From Felis catus (Eukaryota): a stretch of 64,000 bases of DNA. The translations under genes were made by a program, and so were the position numbers. This document shows positions 24,442 through 36,715 of this stretch, one piece after another; the stretch's first letter is position 1, and each line of letters starts with the position of its first letter. Below the pieces are notes generated by a model, which was not told where the DNA came from, ran no database searches, and worked only from the letters and a program-made list of their open reading frames with translations. The stretch covers positions 98,210,001 to 98,274,000 of the forward strand of contig NC_058368.1 in NCBI RefSeq assembly GCF_018350175.1, read 5' to 3'.

Positions 24442-24825
24442 ACTTTAAAATTCTATTGAAACAGAATTAACATACAGTATTATCTTAGTTTCAGGTGTAC
24501 AATACGATTCAACAATTCTGTACATTCCTCAGGGCTCATAACTAGAAGTATATTCTTAATCCCCTTTATCTGTGTCACCCACCCCCAGCCACTTCTCTTC
24601 TGGCAACCATCAGCTTATTCTCTATAAGAATCTGTTTGTTTTTGTCCAATTATCTTTGATTTTCTTTGTTTCTTAAATTCTACATGAGTGAAATCCTACG
24701 GTATTTGTCTTTCTCTGACTTATTTCACGTGGCATTATACTCTCTAGGTCCATCCACATTGTTGCACATGGCAAGATCTCATTCTTTCTTATGACATATC
24801 ACTCAGCCATAAAAAAGAATGAAAA
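24442..24825 (-). mobile_element. Carnivore L1 3' end, 5'-truncated, with a short terminal inverted segment
   Basis: TTAGTTTCAGGTGTACAA, CTGGCAACCATCAG, ATGAGTGAAATC..GGTATTTGTCTTTCTCTGACTTATTTCAC..CTCTAGGTCCATCCA match the L1 3' UTR reverse complement. Confidence 0.9.
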
Positions 24826-25274
24826 ATTTTTTGGGGGGGGTGGATTAAGTGTTGTTCAAATGAGGACAGAGACAGAGCAGCTGTTGGCTGCTGCTGGAGT
24901 GAAATCAAGTGCTCGTGTTTGCACGTCAGACAGTGTTGTGAAACCCTGGGCAGCGGGGGGGGGGGAGGGGGATATGTAAATGAGCCAATGATAAATCAAG
25001 TAGGAACAGCCCAGGCCTGAGCCTGGTGGTGCCAGTCTCAAATTCATTCCTTAATAGGAGACTTGGGGAAAATAGGCTAACCATCTTGGCTGTGATCACA
25101 AGAGCAAAGAGAGCTGTTTTTGTGCTTTAGAGGAGAAAGAGTGTGACATGGTGAGAGAAAAGATTTGCTTCCTCAGATTATTGCTGTCAGGCAAATTGTA
25201 GCTGCCTAGGTGAGAAATGGTCCAGTCTTAGGCTAAAACAGTGACAGACAATTGAAGCTAAGGAGGGTGTGTAA

Positions 25275-25500
25275 TGATCAGACCTTAGCATTTTAGAGCT
25301 GTATGGTGCCTTACAGATAATCCCCCTAAATGTGAAATTGCAATGATACCATCTACTATTTGAGTGACATTGGACCAGTTTTTTTTTTTTTTTAATATTG
25401 CTGATGGCCGGTTTTGATAATTTATCAAGTAGTGTCCCAGTGCTTTTTTAAGACTCTAGTGAGATGATGTATGTGTTCTGTAAACCACTTAGTAGATAGT
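25275..25500. mobile_element. Degenerate MIR fragments
   Basis: ATTTTAGAGCTG.A.GG..CCTTA.AGAT (MIR3-like) and TGAGTGACATTGGACCAGTT..GAGATGATGTATGTG. Confidence 0.4.
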
Positions 25501-26216
25501 AAAGGTATAATTACAGTAGAGGTTTTGCGGAAAGAAGTGACAGGTTTTGGCAATAGACTCCATGCGCACAGTTCAAGAGATGAGTCAGACATCTTTAGTC
25601 ATTAACAATTCTGTTCCTTTTTGGTCATATGCATTTATGAGACTCTGTAAATGAGGATAATTAACATTCGTTTGAACATTAAGTGGCATATTGGTAAAAT
25701 AGTTTTCTCTGTTGACCTTTTGTACTGTGACTCCCAAACATCCCAGTAGCTGGAAAAGCAATTGTTTGCATTGACTTTGATTATTGTTTGCTGTCATTTG
25801 CTTCACCCAAATATCAGGTCATTTGTTCCTTGTTTACCTTCTCCACTGTGCAGTGTCTGAAAGATTTCACTCAATGTGTAGGTCTTAGTCTTGCTGTACG
25901 TTGTTGTCCATGGATCCCCTTGTCACCTTCTTCAGCTAGGTTTGCTGGTGATGGCCTTGGGGAGGGAGTTTGTTTTCAGCAGTGTTTCATAGAATCATTA
26001 GGTAGCTCTTTCACACACACTGTTGCAGAAAGAGTCCTGGAACCTTGGTTTGCCGAGAGAAACCTTGAACAATCCTCTCCGATAAATAGCTCGGGACCCC
26101 AGCCCCAAGTCGCCTTCTGGTGAACACATTGGTGCCTGTGTAGCAAAAGGATGTTTTATTTCCATATAAACAGCAGAAAAAGGAATTCGAGTTTACTGGC
26201 TAAAAAGTCTGGTTTT

Positions 26217-26422
26217 GGGGCACCTCGGTGGCTCAGGTGGTTGAGTGTTGGACTCTGGATTTTGACTCACAGTTTGTGAGATCGAGCCCCGTGTAGGATT
26301 CTGTGCTAAGAGTGCTGAGCCTGTTTGGGCTTCTCTCTCCCCGCCCCGCCTCCCCCCGCCCCCCCCCCCCCCCCCCCCCGCCCTTCCCTGCTTGTGCTCT
26401 CTTTCTCTCAAAATAAATAAAC

Positions 26423-26470
<48 letters not shown>

Positions 26471-26472
26471 AA
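26217..26472 (+). mobile_element. CanSINE with an expanded C-run and (TAAA)n tail
   Basis: Head GGGGCACCTCGGTGGCTCAG; TSD TAAAAAG.CTGG.TTT. Confidence 0.94.
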
Positions 26473-27229
26473 AGCCTGGCTTTGACATCCTGTTCTCACT
26501 TCTGCAAAACAAGTGTTTAAATTAAAAAATCTTGAGTATTTACCCTCAAAAAAAATCGGCTTCTTACATATTTTACTGATATACCTTTACAACATATGTC
26601 CTGAATTAGCCAAAGGGAAATAGAAGAATTCTGTAACAGATAACTACTGGTGCCCAGATCAATGTCCTGCCAAGATAGTCCAATATAGGTGAGTCATGGG
26701 ATCAAGTAGCCAGAGAGAAGTTTGGTGAGTTCAGTGCCACAATGTGAGGGTCTGTTATGCAGTGGGAAGCAAACTCATGAATGCCCACTGATGTCCTCTC
26801 AGCCTTCCTGGATTCGTCTATAGCTAAAGGATGACACAGTTTCTGCAACACTGACACCTTTCCACCATAGAACTATCTGCTTCTCTCTTGGGTGACTGAG
26901 ATTTTTCTTCAGTACTAGGAAAGATTGGATTTGGTGTTACTGTGCCTTGAGGTGCTGTTCACAAATGGGAGTGGTTGTCAGTGAGTAAATTCCCCAGCCC
27001 CAACACAGTCTTCAGGTGTGTTTCACACGCAGAGGCCTGTAGTGGACTGAGACCCAGTACCCACAGAGGTTATGTACTTCTTGACACATGCCTTAAAGAC
27101 TTTTCTCCTTTCCCTTTCTCACCTTTTTTCTATTCCATCATTTGTACTTCCTGGGACACCTGTGAAGAACCAGCCTGTGCTAAGATATGTGTTTCAAAGT
27201 AAGACTCAGTCATGAAGTGTAGACTTGAT

Positions 27230-27400
27230 TTTCAAGGCTGCAGGGAGCCAATTACGAATTTTAAAGCAGGGGAAAAGATGTGATCTGATTTACATTTCAG
27301 AAAGTTCACGGTCTGAAGTGCAGAGAATATATTACAGTAGGACAGGACTGGAGGCAAGAACAGTAGGAGGTTGTTGAGTTAATTTGGGCAGGAAATGAAT
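27230..27400 (-). mobile_element. L2 fragment
   Basis: GGGAGCCA..TTTTAAAGCAGGGG..TGATCTGATTTACATTT.AGAAAG..GACTGGAGGCAAG. Confidence 0.7.
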
Positions 27401-28049
27401 ATTTTGGAGGAAAAAGGCATATAGAAATGACAGTTCCTTAACCTTTAACACAGTAACACCTTTCTCCAATGTGGGGGTCAGTCTTTGTGAACAACCCAGC
27501 CGAGTTCCATGGGTGAGTCAAGTGTCAACTTTGTTACTCTTGTTGATGATTATTTACCGTTACCTATTGCCTCATCATCCACTCTCAGGATCATTGTTAA
27601 GTTCTGTGCTGGTGCTCAGGCTTTACTCCATGTTAAACAGACTGACTCATGCTTCAGCAGTCTCAACATGCTTGAAATCTCACTCTGGAGCACCAAGGAG
27701 GGTTTGGCGCCCCTTCCTAAGAGGCTGTAGCTGGCCATTGGAGGATCCAGGTCCTCTTCTTGGAGTTGAGTACCATGAGGCACTCACTAAGTGGACAAAT
27801 TATGTAAAACAGCCTACGATGACTAGTGTCATTTGCTGTCATTTCTTACATGTATATTTAGCCCTGTTAATGTAAATGATGCCCTGTTGGTTTACCCGGA
27901 AGACCATGACCTAACAATTTGGGTAAACTGCTACCCTGAAATGTGGGTAAGTTGGTGGTGTTCAGGCTGTGACTTACTGGTTTAAGCATCTGTACTTCTC
28001 ATTGGGTTGGAAGGGGACCACAGCTGTGGTGGGGCCTTGGTTCGGTGGC

Positions 28050-28285
28050 CACCACATTTTACCTGTTCATCATTAGTGACTGCTTATGCCGTTTCCGTGT
28101 CTTGGCTATTGTGAATTACACTGCAATACATGTGGGGGTGCATATAATGCTTGGAGCTGGTGATCTTATTTCTTTCAGATACATACCCACAAGTGGAATT
28201 GTTGGATCACTTGGTAGTTCTATTTTTAATTTTTGAGGAACCTCCATACTGTCTTCCATAGTGGGTGTGCCAATTTACATCCCCA
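28050..28285 (-). mobile_element. L1 ORF2 C-terminal fragment
   Basis: TTCCGTGTCTTGGCTATTGTGAAT..ATACCCACAAGTGGAATTG.TGGATCA..TTTTGAGGAACCTCCATACTG. Confidence 0.9.
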
Positions 28286-28289
28286 GTGA

Positions 28290-28707
28290 CTTAATGACTG
28301 TGGTATTCAGGGAGGTTATGTGACTTAGAATGTAAGATGGATTCTTCACCTGGCTATATGCCTCACCAGCTCGGACTACATAGTGTCTTATTTTGTCTAG
28401 GCTTTTAAGCTGGGTTCTTGGTGTCATGGACCCTTCTTCAGTCTTCAGAGTTAGCCATATAGGCTCTTCACATGTTTTTGCTTTTATCAGATTGCCTTCT
28501 TCTCTGTGATCAAATAGCCCTGCTTCTCTCTTACAAGAACACTTGGGGTTGCATGTATGGCTCATCCAGATAACACAGAATAGTTTCCCTACATCAAGAT
28601 GCTGAACTTAGTATCTGCAAATTTTCTCTTGCCATATAAGATAATAATCACAAGTTCCAGGGATTAGAACCTGCATATCTTTGGGAGTCCTTATGCAGCC
28701 TGTGGCA
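28290..28707 (-). mobile_element. MaLR LTR (MLT1C/D-like)
   Basis: CTCTTACAAGAACACTTG..CCAGATAA..TCAAGAT..ATCTGCAAA..TTGCCATATAAG..GTTCCAGGGATTAG. Confidence 0.75.
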
Positions 28708-28864
28708 GTTCCTTTTTCCAGGGTGTTCCTCTGAGCCAGTTTCCTTAATCTCACATTTTGATGAACCAACAAAATTTTCTAGTCTGTGAGTTTTTTGGAA
28801 ATTACTGAAATATGAACAATATAAATAATGATTAGGAGTTAAAATGATTTTTTTGGGGTGAAGG

Positions 28865-29051
28865 GGGGTCTCCTGGATGACTCAGTCGGTTGAGCATCTG
28901 ACTTCGGCCAGGTCATGATCTCACAGTTGGTGAGTCTGAGCCCCACATGGGGCTTGCTGCTATCAGCAGAGGGCTCATTTCAGATCCTCTGTTCCTCTCT
29001 CTATGCCCCTCCCCCACTTGTGTTCTCTCTCAAAAATAAACATTTAAAAAA
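28865..29051 (+). mobile_element. CanSINE
   Basis: Head, body and tail; TSD AAAATGATTTTTTT. Confidence 0.92.
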
Positions 29052-29114
29052 TGATTTTTTTTTTTGCCAATAATATTTGCACAAAACCCATCCTGAGTTC
29101 ATGTTCACATAATG

Positions 29115-29340
29115 GAGAGAACTCAGAAATTTGACTGTAAAGTACACATTAAGTTTAAATACTATTTCACTACTTACCAGCCTTATAAACTTGAACAAAT
29201 TATTGGGCTAATCTGACCTCATTTATCTTATCTAAAAAAGGTTAATAATACCTCACAGGATTATTGCAAAAATTAATTAGGCTGATAACTTACGTAAAAG
29301 ACTTTTTAAAAGTCTTAGTCAAATGTGATCTGTATTATTT
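29115..29340 (+). mobile_element. MIR SINE
   Basis: CACTACTTACCAGC..CTTGAACAAATTA..CCTCATTT..TAATAATACCTCACAGGATTATTG. Confidence 0.7.
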
Positions 29341-30961
29341 ATTGCAAAATTGCAATTAAAGACATTTTTCCAGTATGTTATTTTAGTTTCTTTGTACATA
29401 GGCTTTCTGAGAAGTGTGATTCAAAGGAGAAATGACCTTCAAAATCTGAACCCTCAATAGACTTGCCTATCTATGAATGCTGCTTTTCAGGCATTGCTAA
29501 CACATATAAATTTGAGAGAACTTTTCTACTTGGTTGTTTCCATTTATAATATTTGTAGATCCTGGGAGAGCAAATCTTTTGTTTTGTTTTTATCTGGTCT
29601 GTAAACTCAGAGTCTTAAAAACTATTTGAAAGGGTGTGCAGTGTAGGTGGGTCTAAGTTGCTTTATTTGAATTTGTTCTATAACATCACGGTCTTCACAC
29701 CTGTCCTGTGGTTCTCCTCTTCTACTGATCTGTGTACCTCCTACATCCTTGTCAGCAAAAGTGTAGCCACCAACCATATACCAAGGCAGGCATAAAAAAG
29801 AAAGACATGGGCCCCGTACGCCCATCTTGCCAACTGGCACACTGCAGTGTAGAGATGGCTGTATCTGTGATGATCAGAGACAAGGATCTGATGAGTGAAG
29901 ACTGCATTCTTTTAGAAGGGAGATGCTGGGAGTTAGAACAGCAGTATTTGAGTGAGTGCTCTGGATTACAATAGCCGAGGAATAGTCCTTAAAATGTACA
30001 CGTTTAGGTATTTGCTTCATAATTTCATGAAATTTCCCTACTAGGTGTAAAAATCACTGAGAGTCATCTAGTTCCCTTTCTTCTGCAGTTCTGCTTACAG
30101 AGGATCACCTTACTTAATACCAAACTCATAAGTATATTGATGATCACATGTATAAATATATTTGTTGAGAATGTTGGGGTTAGTGGTCCTTGTGTTTGGA
30201 AATGGAGGTTCAGAGATTTATCACCATCGTTTTCAGAGGAGTTAATGTGTAATTCTATCTCCGGCACTTGCTGTGGGAGTGTGGGCAGTTGAGATTTGTG
30301 GCCTCGTGATGATGATCTCACAGTCGGAGCTGGTATTGGATACTGCTAAGTTATATTTTTTGTTGGTGGTGGTCGACCTACGAATATTTACACTAGTAAT
30401 GCTGTGGAATTTCAATGGTTCAAAAATACTTCAAACTGCTTTAGAATGCAACTTAGGCTATTTGTTGAAAATGAAAAGTACAAATGTGTACAAGTACACA
30501 TCAATCCCAACCTAATGAGCTTTCTTGGTCCATAATTGTACTCTCTATTTTCACATTGGTGGGAAGTCAATGAGAATGTTAAAATGTCATTGTGTATAGG
30601 CTGTTTTTTTTTTGTTTTTTGGTTTTTTTAGCCTGCTCAAAACAGGAAAGAAACAGCAATTTATTCGCGGTGGATGTCGTAGTGTTGAAGGTATTCCTGA
30701 TCAGATGAAAGAAAATCCCCCAAAGAATAAGTATGTGATAGTGATGAATGTGAAGTAAAGTAGAATGAACTGAAATAAATCTCCCAAGTGCAAAATACAC
30801 AGCCTCCTCTATTATAGGCCCCACTTGCAATTTGGTCAAAGAATGATAGCCTTCTCACAGGGGAAACTTTGATGCTTTCTGCTTCTCTGAGCAACTTGAA
30901 TCCACTCATGAATTTCCATTGCTTCAAAAGTTCACTGTTTGGAATTCATCCTTTTTTATAA

Positions 30962-30963
<2 letters not shown>

Positions 30964-31003
<40 letters not shown>
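30964..31003 (+). repeat. (AC)20 microsatellite
   Basis: Read directly. Confidence 0.97.
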
Positions 31004-31004
<1 letters not shown>

Positions 31005-31006
<2 letters not shown>

Positions 31007-32090
31007 TGTAGACATTACATGTTCAAACTCTTGAAAGTCAAACATAAAGAAAACCTTGAAGGCAGTCAGAGAAAAAAAGGCACATGATATGCAGAGGAAA
31101 AATAGAAGAATGATAGCTGACTTCTAAATAAGAAAGGAGACAAACCAGGAGAAAATACATTGATGACATTAAAAATAAAAAAAAATGTCAATTGTTTCCA
31201 GAAAAAAATAGCTTTCAAAAATAGAAATCTCCAAGCCTACACAACTGACAAAATTCTATAGAACTTAATATACACATAGAGTCATACACATAGATAGACA
31301 CACAAATGAGTGCAAGCACAAATGAGGAAATCCTGAGTAAGATCAGTGCATTCTATTCCAGTCAGTATCCTGGTTGGAATGCTATAGTATAGTTTCCAGA
31401 ATATTACATTCATGGGAAACTGGGCAAGGTGTATATGAGATCTCTCTGTATCTACTATAAGTGTGTGTGGACCTACAATTATGTCAATCAAAAGTTGAGT
31501 TAACAATAGCAAAATAACATTCTTCCCCCCTAAAAAAACAACAAAAGCAAATGCATTGAAAAAATAAAAGAGAATAAAAGACAAATATATAAAAGTAGAA
31601 TTATAACCAGCTGACCTATGCTACAGGAAATACTAAAGTTCTCCAGGCAGAAGGAATATGATTCCAGACATAAAACGGAATCCAAATAGAGTATATATGG
31701 CAAATAAGCATTTAGAAGAAGAAAATATTTTATAAGCAAGCATGACAAAGGGGCAATTTCCTGGTATATATTAAAATAAATTATAAAGCTACAATAACAA
31801 TAACATTTTTTCCAAGGATAATTAGGTAAATAGAATTGATATTCCAGAAACATTCTGTCTTTCTCATATTGTATGATCAAGATAACATGTCAAATGTTAA
31901 AAGTATATTATTCACTAAATGGTGTTGGACAATTGGTTACCTTTTTGCAATAAAGTTTAATCCATACTCCATACCAAAATAAATTGCAGGGCAGGGATAT
32001 TGATACTTTAATATGAATAATGAAATTATGTAATAGCTAGATAAAATATTATTAAGTTGATTTTTGATTTTAGAGTCTGGAGTGTCTTTC
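31005..32090 (+). mobile_element. Old L1 ORF1/ORF2 relics, split by an L1MC 3' fragment
   Basis: AGACAT..TCAAACTCTTGAAA..AAAGAAAA..TTGAAGGCAG.CAGAGAAAAAA (ORF1 'KLLK..KEKILKAAREK'-like); ORF2-like segments at about 31710-32090. Confidence 0.65.
31235..31497 (+). mobile_element. L1MC-type 3' end
   Basis: ACACAAATGAGTGCA..GGAAATC.TGAGTAAGATC..TATCCTGGTTG..GGGAAACTGGG..GATCTCTCTGTAT..CTACAATTAT. Confidence 0.8.
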
Positions 32091-32109
32091 AGTGGAGCAT
32101 ACGAATAAT

Positions 32110-32526
32110 TTTCTTACCATCTGAGTTGAGAATTTGTTTCTGAAGGAAATTCTCATTATTTAGGAAAATGTCTTGTTTCCTCAGCACGCAAAGACCACAT
32201 GCCCCTTTGTATCTAGAAGCAGTGATGTGAATATTTCTGGCCAACTGAATACATGGATCAGTGAGGTGTGTTATTTTAAGACCAAGGCAGGTAAGGGCCT
32301 TTGTGCCTTTCCTAAGCTCTCTTCCTTTGGTTTGACCTCTGGTGTTTGAAAGCAAAGAAGATAGTGGAAGCACCCAATGATGGAATCCTGGGTTCCTGAA
32401 CAACTGAACACACCCCCGTCTCTACCTCTACCATTGCACTGGATGGTAGCTGCAGAAACTGTTGCACTAAGTCAATGAGATGTGGGTAGGGTCTGTTATA
32501 GTTGATATTTTATTCTGCCCAAAACA
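32110..32526 (+). mobile_element. Old MaLR LTR (MLT1I/J-like)
   Basis: TTCTGGCCAA..GTGAGGTGTGT..CCTGGGTTCCTGAA..TAAG.CA.TGAGAT..TGTTATAG. Confidence 0.55.
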
Positions 32527-32842
32527 AAGTTAAAGGACTTGGTTGGATCTAAGACAACAAAGGAAATACTTAGGCTGTTCTGTGTTAATAATAATTTGAT
32601 GTTTGTAGAAAAAGATGCATGGATTAGAGGAAAGTGCTAGCTCTGTGTGGATGTGGTCCCATCAAATAGAGCGAAGAGAGTTTTAAGAAGATGGACATCT
32701 TATCATTGATTTCTGTCACATGGTTTTCTCCCAGACTCTCAAAGTTCCTTCACAAAATTCCCATGTGGGAATAATTAGTAATAAATGAAAGAAAGAGGCT
32801 GGTTATTAGTCTGGGTAAATGTAGTGCAGAACAACCATGGCC

Positions 32843-33012
32843 AGGCCCCTGGGTGGCTCAGTCAGTTGAGCATCTGACTCTTGATTTTGGCTCAGGTCAT
32901 GGTCCCAGGGTTGTGGGATTGAATCCTGCGTTGGGCTCTGTGCTGGACGTGGAACCTGTTTAAGATTTTCTCTTGCTTTCTCTATTTCTGCCCCTCTGCC
33001 TGGCTCCCACAT

Positions 33013-33080
<68 letters not shown>

Positions 33081-33083
33081 AAC
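32843..33083 (+). mobile_element. CanSINE with (CT)n and (AAC)n tail
   Basis: CCTGGGTGGCTCAGTCAGTTGAGCATCTGACTC head; tail converted to (AAC)n. Confidence 0.93.
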
Positions 33084-33289
33084 CCCCCAAAACACAACAA
33101 TTGCCCGACCAAGATGGTAAGATAATCATTAAACTGAACTAAAACAATGGAAACTCAAGTCTTGAAGTGACTAAGAAAATGAATTTAGTGATGTATGCTT
33201 TTCTTTTGATTTTTAGTGACATCAGCTGACATGTGATTTAAACAAGGATAAAAATAATGAAAAACAATCTAAAAATAGATTTAATTATT

Positions 33290-34200
33290 TCACATTTTCA
33301 TATAACCTCCATCAACAAAATTAAGAGATAAATGGTAAATTTGCTCTCCTTGGCAGAATAATTAATTCTCATGAATGATTGTTTACAATAATAAAAACTT
33401 GAACATTGCAACTGAACAAATGGACAGGGAATATAAAGAGGTGATTCATAAAAGGGAAATGACAAATGGGTAGTAAATACTTGAAAAATGTTTAGTCTCA
33501 CTAGGAATCAAAAATGAGAAGATAATGAGAAACCATTGTCACCTATTTGACAAAGATTCAAATGAGGCCAGTTTGCAATGTTGGGCAGAGTAGGCAATTT
33601 CGCAAAATGCTGGAGGTGTGTGAATTAGTATTGCGACTAAGGATGTCCACTTGCTAATAACACATATCTGCCTCTGCCTTGACTGCTCCCTTGAATCACC
33701 TAGGGAACTTTGAAAAGCCAGAGAAACTTGGGTTTCATCCTGGATCAATCAAATCTGAATCTTTGGTGGTGAACCCCAGGTGCCAATATTTTTTAAAAGC
33801 TCTCCAAAAATATTAGTGTATCAGTAACATTAACATATATATTGGTGTCTGTTGTTATAAGAGTATAATGAGGTGGTACACATGATTGTAATAATTTCAG
33901 TCATGTTTATAATAGTGAAAATGGGGAATGATGTAAGGATCCAATAAAGAAATACTGTAAAATTCATCATATAAATTAAAATTGGGGGAATATCACATGG
34001 AAAAATGCTCATGACCCACAGAGTACAAAAGTTGTATTTGGAACATAATTCCAAATCTGTCAACCATTAAATGCACATTCTCTATATAAATAGGAACAAT
34101 ATTGAATGACATATCAAATATGTAATAGGACTTATCTCTGGGTTAACTGGGGGTAATTTTATTAGTACCATATTATAAATATTACTCAGTGAACATGAAT
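33290..34200 (+). mobile_element. L1ME-type ORF2 C-terminus and 3' UTR relic, split by MER5
   Basis: AAATGGACA..AAATACTTGAAAAATGTT..TCACTAG.AATCAAA..CACCTAT; GCTGG.GG..TGTGAATTAGTA. Confidence 0.6.
33672..33822 (+). mobile_element. MER5-type hAT-Charlie MITE
   Basis: GAATCACCTAGGGA.CTTT.AAAA..AAATCTGAATCT.TGG..TTTTTAAAAGCTC.CCA. Confidence 0.7.
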
Positions 34201-35789
34201 GAGACTAAAATGCTGCATTAGGATCTACTGTATGAATGTGTTTACCTCAAGATAAAGGGAGAGAGAAGGAATGGAGAAGATCATCTCCATTTAGTTCTCA
34301 TTAATGCAGCAGTCTGAACTCCTTAACTCTTTCCAACTCTTACCAGCTCCTTCCTCTCTCCATCTATCCAGCCAAAGGATTTATTTTACTTCTCACTTCT
34401 GGACTCTGTCCAGGTGAATGGTATGTTTATCCTAAGAAACAAGAGCGATGGTGCTTAGCAAACCATTCTGATTTGCCTCAAATGTTGACTGGTTAGGGAT
34501 GTGGAGAAAGAATGCCATCTGGTTGTCCAAGGTGAAATTTTTAATAAGCTTCCCAAAGAGAGACATGCTTCCATAAGCTGGATAGGTTGAAGAATGTTAT
34601 TCCTAATAGATTTCTGTATGTGGTAGTTCAAACAAGCTGGAATTGAAGGAGGGTACTGGAGTCAGTCATCATTTATAATGCCTATTTAATGGATACCTAT
34701 CTTTGAAAATAACAGAGTTGTGGCTTAAAGTGTTTGGAAAATGATACTTGTTCTTAATGTACTTGCAGAATTTTTGACTGAGTTTTGAGTTTTAGAAGAC
34801 ATTGAATTACTGCAGTTAATAGTCCCTAGTATTTTATCTTTATGACTTTGGTTACTTATGATTATTAAAGACACCTCCCTTTACTTTGAGTGTATCTCTG
34901 TCTCCCCACACTCTCTTACTGAGACAAGTGACAGTCCGTTTGGACCTAATTACTTTCCGCTGGCATATGGATATAGGGCAAGGTTTGTTCTGAACTTCTG
35001 TGAGTCACCTGCTATCATGTTCTTAGACATGTGAAGATTAGTAAGAACCTAGAAAGAAAGATCATTATTTCACCTTAGTATCATCACCCACATGGTCTCA
35101 GGATTTCTGTTATGTGTAGTCAGGGTCAATGACATTATAGTTCCAAAACTGTTTGATGAGGGATATAAGCACTTTCAACTCCATTCAGAATCCTTGGCAA
35201 CAGAAAAGTGAGGAAGGGCTGCACTGTTAGATGTCATAATAGTAGCCCTCTAGTTCCAGAAATTACCTTCGTGAGAAACTTTCTTCCCAGGGTTGTCATT
35301 TTTCATTTTAAGGTCTTGGTGATAAATGAGTTTTACTGGATGTTTTCTTCCCTAGAAATTTATCACTACAAGATGAACGAGGCAGGAGTAGTTTTTCCAA
35401 ATCAGAGTCTATATAAATGATGCCAAAGAATGTTTACTAATTTTGCTGTTTCCTTCTCTCAAAAATGACTGATGGATTGATGGGGGCAAAAGGTATTTTA
35501 AAATCTATTACATTAGTTTCATACATCTCAGGGAAATTTGCCAATATAACAGGTGGTATATATACATTAGGTGATTGAAGATTGGTTTGATCAGGATATA
35601 GTATTAAATATATCATTTGTTTCCATGGTACTCCCAGATACATCCTTCAGTGAATACCAGAACAACAGTAGCTAGGCCAATCTTGAACTTACCCAGTTAT
35701 GTGGCCACATAGCTATATTTAAAATGGAACACAAGCCCTGAAAATGGGAGCATTCATTTTTAACCAATTTGGCTTTCCTACCCAAATGA

Positions 35790-35790
<1 letters not shown>

Positions 35791-35826
<36 letters not shown>
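35791..35826 (+). repeat. (AAC)12 microsatellite
   Basis: Read directly. Confidence 0.96.
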
Positions 35827-35828
<2 letters not shown>

Positions 35829-36486
35829 AAACCAAAAAACAGGCAAGGCTGGTAAAGATTAAGAGTATTTGTATTTGCTTCCCAGTCTGACAGCTTACAG
35901 TTTAGCTATAAAATGTTGTAGTGAATGCCTTTAAATAAAATGGAAACAGCTGTTACCATTTGAGATCTGGGGGTTACAGGATTCCCTAATCTTAGATTAC
36001 TGACATTGTATGGAGACAGAATGAACCATCCTATTGTTTGTGTATGGGGGGTGGTGTAGAAACACTTGTCTCTTCAGAGTAATTTATCTGAGGAAAAACA
36101 ATTAAAGACAAATAAAACTAGATCCAACTAATGTGTTAATTATATTGGAGGAAAAGGAGGTTAGAGAAAGACTGATTTGATGGGGGAAAAAACCCCTGTG
36201 AAATCCTGAGCTGTGAGAGCTAAATTACATAGGATCAGCCTAAGAGCAAGTAGCATCAACTAGAAAGAAAGGTGAGGGGAGGATGGCTCAGAAGGCTTTG
36301 ATGACAGCATATGTAAAGCAAGTGTTGACTTCAGTTTCCTTAGGTGGTTAATCTTAGTGGGAGTGAATTATTGGGAGTGAATTGGACAAAGATGATTTCA
36401 GGTGGAAATCTTCGGGTGGTAAGGGTATCATCATTGTGTGAGGAGACATAGTATTACACAATGGGACCTACCTGCAGATTCGTTAA

Positions 36487-36715
36487 TTTTTTTTTTAATT
36501 TTTTTTTTTGCAACGTTTATTTTTATTTTTGGGACAGAGAGAGACAGAGCATGAACGGGGGAGGGGCAGAGAGAGAGGGAGACACAGAGTCGGAAACAGG
36601 CTCCAGGCTCTGAGCCATCAGCCCAGAGCTTGACGCGGGGCTCGAACTCCCGGACTGCGAGATGGTGACCTGGCTGAAGTCAGACGCTTAACCGACTGCG
36701 CCACCCAGGCGCCCC
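36487..36715 (-). mobile_element. Young felid SINEC_Fc with a perfect 17-bp TSD
   Basis: TSD AGATTCGTTAATTTTTT at 36476-36492 and 36716-36732; CpG-rich near-consensus body. Confidence 0.98.

Noticed and set aside
27471..27875. 134-aa ORF in unique sequence
   Set aside because: Non-ATG start, no recognisable homology and no convincing splice boundaries; the length is within chance expectation.
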